A stretch of 64,000 nt of DNA from positions 16,366 to 80,365 of the forward strand of contig JALNXD010000002.1 of NCBI GenBank assembly GCA_023230565.1, in the 5' to 3' direction. This document shows positions 9,905-18,567 of this stretch, in pieces. This DNA comes from Syntrophales bacterium. Its GTDB lineage: Bacteria > Desulfobacterota > Syntrophia > Syntrophales > UBA2210. The notes beneath the pieces are model-generated. The model ran no database searches. It was not told the DNA's origin and worked only from the letters and a program-made list of their open reading frames with translations. How positions within the stretch are numbered: position 1 is the first letter of the stretch; every line of letters starts with the position of its first letter. A program made the position numbers and the translations under genes.

Positions 9905-10675
9905 TTAAATTACCTTGGCCTCTTCCCTCAGTAACTTGACCAGTTGAGCGGCCTTTTCGGCAGCTTCCTCGCCGCCGACTATTTTGCCGGGGGCCCTTTC
10001 CGGAGGAGGCATCATTTTGACGATCTTCGCTTTTGCCGCAACGGAAATTCCCAAGGCAGCGGCATCTTTTACATCCACTGGTTTCTTCTTCGCTTTCATG
10101 ATGCCGGGAAGAGAAGCGTACCTCGGTTCATTCAACCCCTTTGCAGCAGTTATTACACAGGGAAGAGAAGTCTCAATCACAAGTTGGGCGCCCTCTATTG
10201 CCTTTACCGCCGTCGCTTTACCATCGGCAACCTCAAGTTTTGTAACTACCGTTACCTGGGGTATTCCCAGGAGCTCGGCAAGAATCGACCCGACTTGCCC
10301 GGCATCGTCATCAATTGCCCGCATCCCGCAAAAAACGATATCATGAGGTATTTCCTTGATTGCCGCTGCAAGTGCGCTCGCCGTTGTGTAAGCATCAGCG
10401 CCTTCAAGCGCGGGATCATTTATATGAATACCTTTTTCCGCACCCATTGCCAGGGCAGTTCTGATCGTTTCCAAAGCCCGTGCAGGACCGACAGATACTA
10501 TTGTCACATCACCGCCGTTTTTTTCCTTCAGTTTCAGCGCCTCTTCTACTCCGAACTCATCATATGGATTCATTACCCACTTGATTCCGCCTTCGTCGAT
10601 GCCGGATCCGTCCGCCTTCACTTTAATCAAGGCTTCCGTGTCCGGAACCTGCTTCACACACACAACTATGTTCAC
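9905..10675 (-). CDS. etfB: electron transfer flavoprotein, beta subunit
   Basis: 256 aa with N-terminus MNIVVCVKQVPDTE, typical of EtfB. GTG start with GGAGG 5 nt upstream. Confidence 0.93.
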   Translation of the reverse strand: MNIVVCVKQVPDTEALIKVKADGSGIDEGGIKWVMNPYDEFGVEEALKLKEKNGGDVTIVSVGPARALETIRTALAMGAEKGIHINDPALEGADAYTTASALAAAIKEIPHDIVFCGMRAIDDDAGQVGSILAELLGIPQVTVVTKLEVADGKATAVKAIEGAQLVIETSLPCVITAAKGLNEPRYASLPGIMKAKKKPVDVKDAAALGISVAAKAKIVKMMPPPERAPGKIVGGEEAAEKAAQLVKLLREEAKVI

Positions 10676-10798
10676 AATGACCTCCTTTCACCGACAAATG
10701 CCGGCACGGGTCCACCCCATGCCGGACTTTTGCCGCGATATAAGTATGTTACACGTTTAGGCCTGACGTCCTTATATGAGAAAAGAACGCCCTTTCAA

Positions 10799-12766
10799 CT
10801 AAAGCCTGTTTTTTACAATGTCATCCACTACCGAAGGATCAGCCAGAGTCGACGTATCTCCCAATTCTGAAATATCACCCGCTGCCACCTTTTTCAGAAT
10901 CCGGCGCATGATTTTACCGCTTCTTGTCTTGGGCAGACTGTCCGCCCATTGTATTTTTTCTGGAGTTGCAATGGGACCGATTTCTTTTCGTACATGCGCG
11001 ATAAGCGCCTTCTTTAATTCTTCCGACTTTTCTACGCCGGCGTTTAAAGTAACATATGCGTAAATAGACTGTCCCTTGATCTCATGAGGATAACCGACCA
11101 CAGCGGCTTCGGCGACCGATTCGTGCGCTACCAGGGCGCTTTCCACTTCCGCCGTTCCCATGCGGTGACCTGATACGTTAATGACATCATCGATACGGCC
11201 CGTGATCTGGTAATATCCGTCTTCATCTCTTCTTGCGCCGTCACCTGCCACATAATAACCGGGGAACTGTTCGAAATATGTTTCCTGAAATCTCTGGGGA
11301 TCGCCGTAAACGCCTCGCATAAGACCGGGCCAGGGTTTCTTCATACACAGCGCTCCACTGGCCACTTTATCGGTGATCTCTTTTCCTTCATCATTAAGGA
11401 GGACCGGCCATACGCCAAAGTAAGGCACTGTCGCCATTCCCGGTTTAATATCGATGGCACCGGGAAGCGGGGTGATCAAGATCCCGCCGGTCTCTGTCTG
11501 CCACCAGGTATCTACAATCGGGCACCGCCCTTTACCGATGACATTGAAATACCAGTTCCAGGCCTCGGGATTGATCGGCTCGCCTACAGTCCCTAGAATG
11601 CGCAGCGACGAAAGATCGCTTCCCTTGACCCATTCAAGACCTTCTTTCGCAATTGCGCGGATCGCAGTGGGTGCAGTATAAAAAATATTTACTTTGTATT
11701 TGTCGACTATTTTCCAGAAACGGCTCATGTCGGGGTAATTCGGTACGCCTTCAAACATGACCGTGGTTGCGCCATTTGCCAGCGGACCGTAGACAATATA
11801 ACTGTGACCGGTAACCCATCCGATATCGGCTGTGCACCAATAGATGTCTCCCTCATGATAATCGAAAATCATCTTGTGTGTAAACGCTACATACATGAGG
11901 TAACCGCCTGTCGTATGGAGCACGCCCTTCGGCTTTCCCGTTGATCCAGAGGTATAAAGAATAAAAAGAGGATCTTCCGCGTCCATTTCCACAGGTTCGC
12001 AATTTTCGCCGGCTTTGGCCATTTCGTCGTGCCACCAGAGATCTCTTCCTTCGGCCCAGTCGCACTTGATTTTGTCGCCGACGCGGTTCACTACGATCAC
12101 TTTTTCCACCGAAGGGCATTGAGCTACGGCTGCATCGGCATTCGCTTTCTGAGGGACGGCTTTTGAACCGCGGAATGTTCCATCGCAGACAACCACCATT
12201 CGTGCTTCGCTGTCGAGCAGTCTGTCGCGAAGCGCATCGGAGGAAAATCCACCGAATACGATACTGTGAATGGCGCCGATCCTGGTACAGGCCAGCATTG
12301 CGATCGCAAGCTCAGGAATCATAGGCAGGTACAGGCAGACCCGATCCCCCTTTTTAATTCCATAGGATTTCAGAACATTTGCAAATTTGCAGACCTGCGC
12401 GTGGAGTTCTTTGTACGTAAACCCCTTATCCTCGCCGGGTTCATTGCCTTCCCACTGGATGGCAATCTGATCGCCCCTTTTTTCCAGGTGCCGGTCGAGG
12501 CAGTTATAGGACACATTGAGTTTTCCGCCTGCGAAATACTTCACGTAGATGGGCCCTTTGTTTTTGTCGAAATTGTAATCTTCGACCTTGCCGTCCCACT
12601 TTTTGAACCACGTTACATATTCTTCGGCAATTTCGGCCCAAAAGCTTTCGGGATCCTCTATAGACCGCCTGTAGATGGTTTCATATTCATCTCTGCTTTT
12701 GATGTATGCACCCTCTCTTATGCGCTCCGGCACCGGATATACGTCTTTTAATTCAACTTCTCCCAT
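10799..12766 (-). CDS. acs: acetyl-CoA synthetase (AMP-forming)
   Basis: 655 aa. Motifs seen: [19 protein letters not shown], and the C-terminal [13 protein letters not shown] motif. Confidence 0.95.
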   Translation of the reverse strand: MGEVELKDVYPVPERIREGAYIKSRDEYETIYRRSIEDPESFWAEIAEEYVTWFKKWDGKVEDYNFDKNKGPIYVKYFAGGKLNVSYNCLDRHLEKRGDQIAIQWEGNEPGEDKGFTYKELHAQVCKFANVLKSYGIKKGDRVCLYLPMIPELAIAMLACTRIGAIHSIVFGGFSSDALRDRLLDSEARMVVVCDGTFRGSKAVPQKANADAAVAQCPSVEKVIVVNRVGDKIKCDWAEGRDLWWHDEMAKAGENCEPVEMDAEDPLFILYTSGSTGKPKGVLHTTGGYLMYVAFTHKMIFDYHEGDIYWCTADIGWVTGHSYIVYGPLANGATTVMFEGVPNYPDMSRFWKIVDKYKVNIFYTAPTAIRAIAKEGLEWVKGSDLSSLRILGTVGEPINPEAWNWYFNVIGKGRCPIVDTWWQTETGGILITPLPGAIDIKPGMATVPYFGVWPVLLNDEGKEITDKVASGALCMKKPWPGLMRGVYGDPQRFQETYFEQFPGYYVAGDGARRDEDGYYQITGRIDDVINVSGHRMGTAEVESALVAHESVAEAAVVGYPHEIKGQSIYAYVTLNAGVEKSEELKKALIAHVRKEIGPIATPEKIQWADSLPKTRSGKIMRRILKKVAAGDISELGDTSTLADPSVVDDIVKNRL

Positions 12767-13023
12767 CTTCTACCTCCATTTTTCTTATTTATCTATTCCG
12801 CTTCGGTGAAACACCTGCCTTTTTTTCGCCCTAAACCCGTTGCTATATAATGTGCCAACCATTCTCTGTCAAGGAAAAACTTCCCCAAAAAACACTTGAC
12901 ATTGCTGGGTTAAGGTGCTACTTGTCCATCAAATAACGTTCTACGGCGTGGTATGTCCGGGATCGAGGGAAGGGGGTGAAAAAAGAGAAGTCCAGTCAAA
13001 CGTCATATAAATTCGGTTTACAA

Positions 13024-13059
13024 TTCAAAGGTTTAAAGCAGAATACATCTTTTAGGAGG
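13024..13059 (+). promoter_or_regulatory. putative sRNA-pairing site spanning the leader and Shine-Dalgarno of the porin-like gene
   Basis: TTCAAAGGTTTAAAGCAGAA (13024-13043) and TAGGAGG (13053-13059) recur at 36632-36651 and 36654-36660, where the opposite strand is predicted to be transcribed. Confidence 0.4.
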
Positions 13060-13067
13060 AAAGATAT

Positions 13068-14420
13068 ATGAAACGTTTGTTAGTAGCTCTGCTCGCGCTG
13101 GGCCTCATATGCGCATTTGCAATGCCCGCAGGCGCGACTGATATCAAGTTTAACGGCCTTTATTATGTCGAGGGATGGTACAGCGCCAATCCCCGGCTGG
13201 AAGAAGATAACTCGTCAAGCGCCTGGTACAACCAGCGCATGAGAATCAATACGGTATTTCAGGTGAGCACGGGCCTCAGCCTTACCACCCGCTTCGATGT
13301 CATGGAAGGTGCGTGGAAGGGCGCGAATTCCGTCTATGACAAAAACGGCAATGTCTATGCCGATAGCTTTGCAAACAATGCACTGGCCGAATCCGATATC
13401 GATTTCGATTTTCTCTATCTGAGCTTCAACACCAAATGCGGCGCAATTCATGTAGGTCAGATGTCCGACAGTATTTTCGGAACCCCCTTCGGCAACGGCG
13501 AGATCTCCCTTCCCAAGATCGGCTGGAACCTGCCTTTCGGAGGCGGAAAGTTCCTTAACGTATTCCAGCTCAAAAAATATGACGATTCGGAATACATCAA
13601 TGCAAAGAATAATGTAAGGTACGAGTCGGACGCTCAGATGGCAGGCTACATGGACATCATCTTCTACTTCGACAAGACCACCGAAGCGGCGTTCCTGTAT
13701 CAGTACACCCCCAGCTCAGCCGCATCCGGCATTGCGGCGGCCCTTGGACCAAACAAGAGCTATTCGCATACAATTCTTCCTTACATCAAGAAGACCCTCG
13801 GCAGCTTCTATATCGAAGCCGAGTTGAAGTGGACGAAGGGCGAAGTGGAATACGAAGACGAGGCGATCGCATTGGGCTTTACCGATACCGATACATCTGG
13901 CTTGAGCTTCTTCCTTCATGGCAAGCAGACGATCGGCGCCGGCTATCTGGGCGCAATGTTCGCCTATTCCCAGGGTAACGATATCACGACCCCCGATGAA
14001 AACGAAGGCGGAGCGACCGGCGGATATGAGTGGGATCCCTGTCTGATACTCTGGAACCACGACTATGCCGACTGGGGCACCAACGCGGGACTGGGAACAG
14101 CCGCGGGACTCAAAACGGGCCGCGAGATGGGTAATGCACTCTTCTATCAGGTCTATGGCGGCTTCAAACCTATGAAGGCTCTGGAACTCTTTACGTCCAT
14201 ATCCTATGCCACTGCCGACGAGGATGTGGTACTCAATCAGGTTGATGATGACTACGGCGTCGAGTTTGACGTAAAGGCCACCTACAAGCTGTTCGATAAC
14301 CTCGAATACATGGTAGGCTTCGGCTATTTCTGGGCAGGAGACTACTACAAAGGTGCGGATCCCACTCTGGAGATCGACAACGACTACCTGCTCATCCACA
14401 AGCTGACCTTGAAGTTCTAA
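13068..14420 (+). CDS. outer-membrane beta-barrel porin-like protein
   Basis: Signal peptide MKRLLVALLALGLICAFAMPAGA. The composition is aromatic- and Gly-rich with alternating residues. The C-terminus ...HKLTLKF ends in Phe. Strong RBS (AGGAGG) and strong terminator. No family assignment is possible by eye. Confidence 0.6.
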   Translation: MKRLLVALLALGLICAFAMPAGATDIKFNGLYYVEGWYSANPRLEEDNSSSAWYNQRMRINTVFQVSTGLSLTTRFDVMEGAWKGANSVYDKNGNVYADSFANNALAESDIDFDFLYLSFNTKCGAIHVGQMSDSIFGTPFGNGEISLPKIGWNLPFGGGKFLNVFQLKKYDDSEYINAKNNVRYESDAQMAGYMDIIFYFDKTTEAAFLYQYTPSSAASGIAAALGPNKSYSHTILPYIKKTLGSFYIEAELKWTKGEVEYEDEAIALGFTDTDTSGLSFFLHGKQTIGAGYLGAMFAYSQGNDITTPDENEGGATGGYEWDPCLILWNHDYADWGTNAGLGTAAGLKTGREMGNALFYQVYGGFKPMKALELFTSISYATADEDVVLNQVDDDYGVEFDVKATYKLFDNLEYMVGFGYFWAGDYYKGADPTLEIDNDYLLIHKLTLKF

Positions 14421-14442
14421 GGTTCGGCTGATGTACAGCATG

Positions 14443-14475
14443 AAAAGCCCCGGGAACTCCCCGGGGCTTTTTTTA
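14443..14475 (+). terminator. intrinsic terminator of the porin-like gene
   Basis: GCCCCGGG-aactc-CCCGGGGC followed by TTTTTTT. Confidence 0.85.
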
Positions 14476-14540
14476 TTGACTGTGCCGGCAGGGAGGGCTT
14501 ACTATAAGCCCGTCAATAATGGTCCCCGAAAGACCTGAAA

Positions 14541-16199
14541 TTGATAGTTCATCACAGGAGTTACCAGGCCATACCCCGCATATACGGAAACACGACCGGA
14601 CTTAAGCCGAGCGAGATCAGGGAAATCGAGCAGCTCTACAGGAGACGCATACCTCCCGAGCGCATAATTACGCAAGAATATGCCAGGCGCCTCACGGAAC
14701 TTTCTTTCCGGACGGGCCGCCAGCTGGGCGTTTTGATCAACCGGCGCGGTGAAACCGATTATGTGATTGCAGGTGACCACCGCCAGATCGTCATACCTGG
14801 ACTCACCGGGTTCCGGGCTGCATCAACGCGCCTGAAAGGATTGCGGCTTATCCACACGCACTTGAAAGAAGAGAGGCTCAGCCGGGACGATCTGACGGAT
14901 CTCGCGCTGCTGCGCCTCGATCTCGTAGCGGCGCTTACTCTGGATGCGCAAGGTCTGCCGGATACTGTGCATTCAGCCCATCTGATTCCTGAGAACCCGC
15001 AAGGCGAATACTGGCAGATTCTCGAGCCGCAGCGAATATCGGAGACTGATACGAATTTCATATCTTTTATCCAGGCTCTTGAAGAAGAGTTCGCCCGCCG
15101 GCAGAAGGTTAGAAAAGTCGAATCGCGCGACCGGGCCATTCTTGTCCGGGTTGAAACAAACTCCTTCTTCGACAGCGATTCCTCCATAGAAGAACTGAAA
15201 GAACTTGCCCGGTCTTCGGACGTCGAGGTCTTCGATACCGTGATACAACATCGGAATGCTGCGGACCCGAAATTTCTCATGGGAAGAGGGAAACTCGCAG
15301 AGGTTGTTATCAAAGCGCTCCAGATGGGGGCAAATCTTCTGATATTCGATCAGGAGCTCACGTACGCCCAGGTTCGCTGCTCCATTACCGATTTTACCGA
15401 AATGAAGGTAATAGACCGGACTCAGCTCATTCTGGACATCTTCGCACAGAGAGCTCTTTCGAAGGGCGGCAAGATTCAGGTTGAACTGGCACAGCTTAAA
15501 TATCTTCTTCCCCGCCTGATTACGAAAAATACCGCCCTTTCAAGATTGACGGGCGGCATAGGGGGAAGGGGGCCCGGCGAAACCAAGCTCGAGATCAACC
15601 GCCGAAGAGTGCGCGACCGGATCAATCGTCTTGAAAAAGAACTCGGCCGGATTCGGAAAGGAAGAACAGAACGCCGCTCAAGGAGGAAAAAAGAGGGCCT
15701 TCCGGTTATTTCGATTATCGGGTATACAAATGCCGGTAAATCGACCCTCCTGAATGCACTGACGGAAAGCGCGGTGCTCGCTGAAAACAGGCTATTCGCG
15801 ACGCTGGACCCGAAGAGCGCCCGTCTGAGGTTCCCGCGGGACCGCTCAGTAATAATAACTGATACGGTGGGTTTTATTCGTGATTTGCCCAGGGAACTAG
15901 TGGCGGCCTTCAGAGCGACCCTGGAAGAACTTAACGAGGCCGATCTCCTTCTGCAAGTTATTGATGTTGCCAATCCCGCTTTCGAGGACCATATACGGGC
16001 AGTTGAGATAATTCTGGAGGAACTCTCACTCGCAACAAAGCCCCGCATCAAGATCTTTAATAAGGAAGATCTTTTCCCCGACAGGGAAGTTCTCTCGAAT
16101 TTGTGTGTGAGATATAATGCCCTCGCGCTTTCTGCGCACAACCCTGCAACCTTTACGCCTCTTCTTGATTCGATTGAGCGCATTCTTTTCTCATCATAA
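14541..16199 (+). CDS. hflX: GTPase HflX
   Basis: GYTNAGKSTLLNAL (G1), DTVGF (G3), NKED (G4), and an HflX-type N-terminal domain with a coiled linker. The track start is a TTG and the true start is uncertain. Confidence 0.88.
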   Translation: MIVHHRSYQAIPRIYGNTTGLKPSEIREIEQLYRRRIPPERIITQEYARRLTELSFRTGRQLGVLINRRGETDYVIAGDHRQIVIPGLTGFRAASTRLKGLRLIHTHLKEERLSRDDLTDLALLRLDLVAALTLDAQGLPDTVHSAHLIPENPQGEYWQILEPQRISETDTNFISFIQALEEEFARRQKVRKVESRDRAILVRVETNSFFDSDSSIEELKELARSSDVEVFDTVIQHRNAADPKFLMGRGKLAEVVIKALQMGANLLIFDQELTYAQVRCSITDFTEMKVIDRTQLILDIFAQRALSKGGKIQVELAQLKYLLPRLITKNTALSRLTGGIGGRGPGETKLEINRRRVRDRINRLEKELGRIRKGRTERRSRRKKEGLPVISIIGYTNAGKSTLLNALTESAVLAENRLFATLDPKSARLRFPRDRSVIITDTVGFIRDLPRELVAAFRATLEELNEADLLLQVIDVANPAFEDHIRAVEIILEELSLATKPRIKIFNKEDLFPDREVLSNLCVRYNALALSAHNPATFTPLLDSIERILFSS

Positions 16200-16262
16200 T
16201 AAAGCTCAATAAAAAATGATTTGACTTTTACCTGCCTTTTTCATAAAGCAAAGTCATAATTT

Positions 16263-16450
16263 AAAAGGCCTCAATAACGACATACCCCGAAATGAATGTA
16301 AAAAAGAAACATCGGTCACTTCTCGCGCTGACTCACTTGCGCCCCGCTCTTCCCGGGGCGACATACCGGGCCTTGTCGTCTTGAGAATAGATTCCCTGGG
16401 AAAGAGCCATGATAAGGCCACGGACATAATCCGCGGCCTTTAATTTTTTT
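16263..16450 (+). promoter_or_regulatory. candidate transcription-attenuation leader (riboswitch-like) of the oxidoreductase operon
   Basis: A terminator hairpin at 16414-16440 (AAGGCCaCGG / CCGcGGCCTT) plus TAATTTTTTT ends 13 nt before the ATG. An upstream CCGGGCCTT (16366-16374) can pair with the same 5' arm as an alternative helix. AAGGCC at 16265-16270 can in turn sequester it. A GC hairpin lies at 16340-16360. Confidence 0.4.
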
Positions 16451-16463
16451 AAAGGAGCAGCAT

Positions 16464-17042
16464 ATGTACGAAATAATCTGGCACGGCCGCGGCGGGCAGG
16501 GAGTCGTCCTTGCATCGGAAGTCCTTGCAGAAGCGGCATACCTCCAGGGATATAAGGGAGTTACGTCTGCACCAACCTTCGGTCCGGAAAGAAGAGGAGC
16601 GCCCCTTGCGGCATCAACAAGAATATCGCATGAACCGATACGGACTTTTTCGCAGATCGAGCATGCAGATATAGCGGTCGTACTCGATGATTCCCTTTTT
16701 AAAGTGGTCGATATATGGGGAAGGCTCAAAGAAGGAGGAATCATGGTCGTAAATTCCTCCGCACCTCCCGCGGAAAGCTCCATTGTGAAAAAAGTGATGA
16801 TAATATGGATCGATGCTGCAGCAGTTGCCCGCGAGCACCGTCTGACAGCGGGAGGCACACCGGTTGTAAATACTCCTCTGTTAGGCGCTCTCGTAAAAGG
16901 CTGGAACTATATCGCTCTTGAAAATATAGAGCAGGGTCTTGCAATCAAAATGGCTGCATCAGGTGCATATAAAAATTTTCAGGCGGTAAAGTCGGCTTTT
17001 TCAAAAGCAGTAATCAGAGAGTATCGGGGTACGCACGCATAA
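16464..17042 (+). CDS. 2-oxoacid:ferredoxin oxidoreductase, gamma subunit
   Basis: 192 aa. MYEIIWHGRGGQGVVLASEVLAEAA is the typical POR/VOR gamma N-terminus. It is first in a gamma-delta-alpha-beta operon. Confidence 0.88.
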   Translation: MYEIIWHGRGGQGVVLASEVLAEAAYLQGYKGVTSAPTFGPERRGAPLAASTRISHEPIRTFSQIEHADIAVVLDDSLFKVVDIWGRLKEGGIMVVNSSAPPAESSIVKKVMIIWIDAAAVAREHRLTAGGTPVVNTPLLGALVKGWNYIALENIEQGLAIKMAASGAYKNFQAVKSAFSKAVIREYRGTHA

Positions 17043-17062
17043 ATGCAAATTAAAAACCGAGG

Positions 17063-17362
17063 ATGAATATGATAAAACAAGATGAAAATATATCCGGTAT
17101 CTGCACGCCTGCTATAGGAGAAGCGGGCAAGACAGGCGATTGGAGCGATGTCAAGCCGGCCATCGATCATTCCAAGTGCACACCGGCCGTAAAAGGAAAG
17201 GCAGCCTGCTTTCTCTGCTGGCTCTACTGCCCTGAGGGAGTTGTTCACATGACAATTCCCGTTCAAATCGATCTGGATTACTGCAAAGGGTGCGGAATAT
17301 GCGCCGAAGAATGCCCCCCTAATGCAATCACCATGGTCCGAAAGGAAGATATGAATGAGTGA
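17063..17362 (+). CDS. 2-oxoacid:ferredoxin oxidoreductase, delta (2x[4Fe-4S] ferredoxin) subunit
   Basis: 99 aa with CFLCWLYCPEG and CKGCGICAEECP cluster motifs. Confidence 0.88.
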   Translation: MNMIKQDENISGICTPAIGEAGKTGDWSDVKPAIDHSKCTPAVKGKAACFLCWLYCPEGVVHMTIPVQIDLDYCKGCGICAEECPPNAITMVRKEDMNE

Positions 17363-18563
17363 AATTCGTATAATAACGGGAAATGAAGCAGCAGCGCTTG
17401 CCGTTACCCTGTGTGAACCGAAGGTGGTTGCCGCATATCCGATCACTCCTCAGACAAAAATATCGGAACTCCTCTCGATGTATGTGGAAACCGGAACCCT
17501 GAAAGCTGAATATGTCCGTGTAGAAAGCGAGCATTCTGCCCTGACTGTCCTGATTTCAGCCTCTACGGTAGGTGCCAGAGTGTTCACAGCAACAAGTTCC
17601 AACGGCCTTCTTTATATGCACGAACAGCTTCATTGGGCCGCCGGATCGAGGCTGCCTATCGTCATGTGCTGTGTAAACCGGGGCGTAGGCGCCCCATGGT
17701 CTATTTTCAATGATCAGCAGGATTCGATGTCCCAGCGGGATACAGGGTGGATCCAGCTTTACTGCAGAGATAATCAGGAAATCATTGATACAGTAATTCA
17801 GGCCTACCGGATTGCCGAGCAGGTCTACATACCGACGATGGTCTGTTATGACGGGTTTGTCCTTTCACACACCATGATGCCCGTGGAAATTCCGGAAGCG
17901 GCACAGGTAAAAAATTTTCTACCCCCCTACCGCCCTCATACATTCCTTGATCCGGAGCGGCCGCGCACAATTAATCCGGTATTCTTCCCCTGGCGGCGGG
18001 AAAACGCCGAAGGCGTGCTCTGCGACGGTTACATGGAGATGCGCTACAAACTCCAGCGCGATTTTGATACTTCACTGGAAGTGATAGAAGACGTCAACGT
18101 ACAATACACAGATCTATTCGGGCGCAATTATGGCGGTCTCATCTGGGAATACCAAACCGGGGACGCAGACATTTTTGTCACCGGCATGGGGTCAATCGCC
18201 CAGGAAGCGACACTTGCCGTTGATGCACTGAGGGAAGAGGGGATCAAAATCGGCGTTGTCGGTATCCGCTCCTTCAGGCCATTTCCCAAAGAAAAATTAA
18301 TTCATGCTTTCAGCAGGGCCCGTATCATTATCGTGTTTCAAAAAGCGATAAGTTACGGAAATGAAGGAGGCCTTTCTACGGAAGTGAAAGCGGCGCTATA
18401 CGGCTCCGGAATTGATGCGCCGGTACATGATTATATAGCCGGCCTGGGGGGGCGCGACGTAAAAACGCGGGAACTCATCGCAGCAATACGGGACACCCTT
18501 GAGCGTTCCGGCGGCGGTGACTGCAAAAATAAAACAACCTGGCTCAACTGCCACAGGGGATAA
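17355..18563 (+). CDS. 2-oxoacid:ferredoxin oxidoreductase, alpha subunit
   Basis: 402 aa. GNEAAALA...AAYPITPQT N-terminus typical of POR/VOR alpha. It overlaps the delta subunit by 8 nt. Confidence 0.9.
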   Translation: MSEIRIITGNEAAALAVTLCEPKVVAAYPITPQTKISELLSMYVETGTLKAEYVRVESEHSALTVLISASTVGARVFTATSSNGLLYMHEQLHWAAGSRLPIVMCCVNRGVGAPWSIFNDQQDSMSQRDTGWIQLYCRDNQEIIDTVIQAYRIAEQVYIPTMVCYDGFVLSHTMMPVEIPEAAQVKNFLPPYRPHTFLDPERPRTINPVFFPWRRENAEGVLCDGYMEMRYKLQRDFDTSLEVIEDVNVQYTDLFGRNYGGLIWEYQTGDADIFVTGMGSIAQEATLAVDALREEGIKIGVVGIRSFRPFPKEKLIHAFSRARIIIVFQKAISYGNEGGLSTEVKAALYGSGIDAPVHDYIAGLGGRDVKTRELIAAIRDTLERSGGGDCKNKTTWLNCHRG

Positions 18564-18567
18564 CGGG

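Noticed and set aside
9944-10870. Long antisense ORFs opposite well-supported genes: the 308-aa ORF opposite etfB, plus 13716-14441, 14759-15313, 15476-16183, 16316-16858 and 30534-31136.
   Set aside because: They lie entirely antisense to genes with unmistakable motifs (EtfB, porin, HflX, OFOR gamma, GroEL). Their translations are low-complexity and Ser/Arg/Pro-rich. These are typical shadow ORFs.
12842-12857. sigma54-like motif upstream of acs on the minus strand: TGGCAC-ATTATA-TAGCA.
   Set aside because: The -24 element is perfect, but the GG-to-GC spacing is one nucleotide longer than the strictly conserved distance. I do not call it without experimental support.
14541-15100. The apparent ~120-aa N-terminal extension of HflX relative to the ~430-aa enterobacterial protein.
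   Set aside because: The start codon is uncertain (the track uses a TTG), and long N-terminal HflX domains occur in other lineages. It is not distinctive enough to report as a finding.
18499-18567. Track start of the beta-subunit ORF at 18499, overlapping the alpha subunit by 65 nt.
   Set aside because: The N-terminal extension (MSVPAAVTAKIKQPGSTATGDNG) is simply the alpha-subunit 3' end read in another frame. The ATG at 18568 directly follows the alpha stop.
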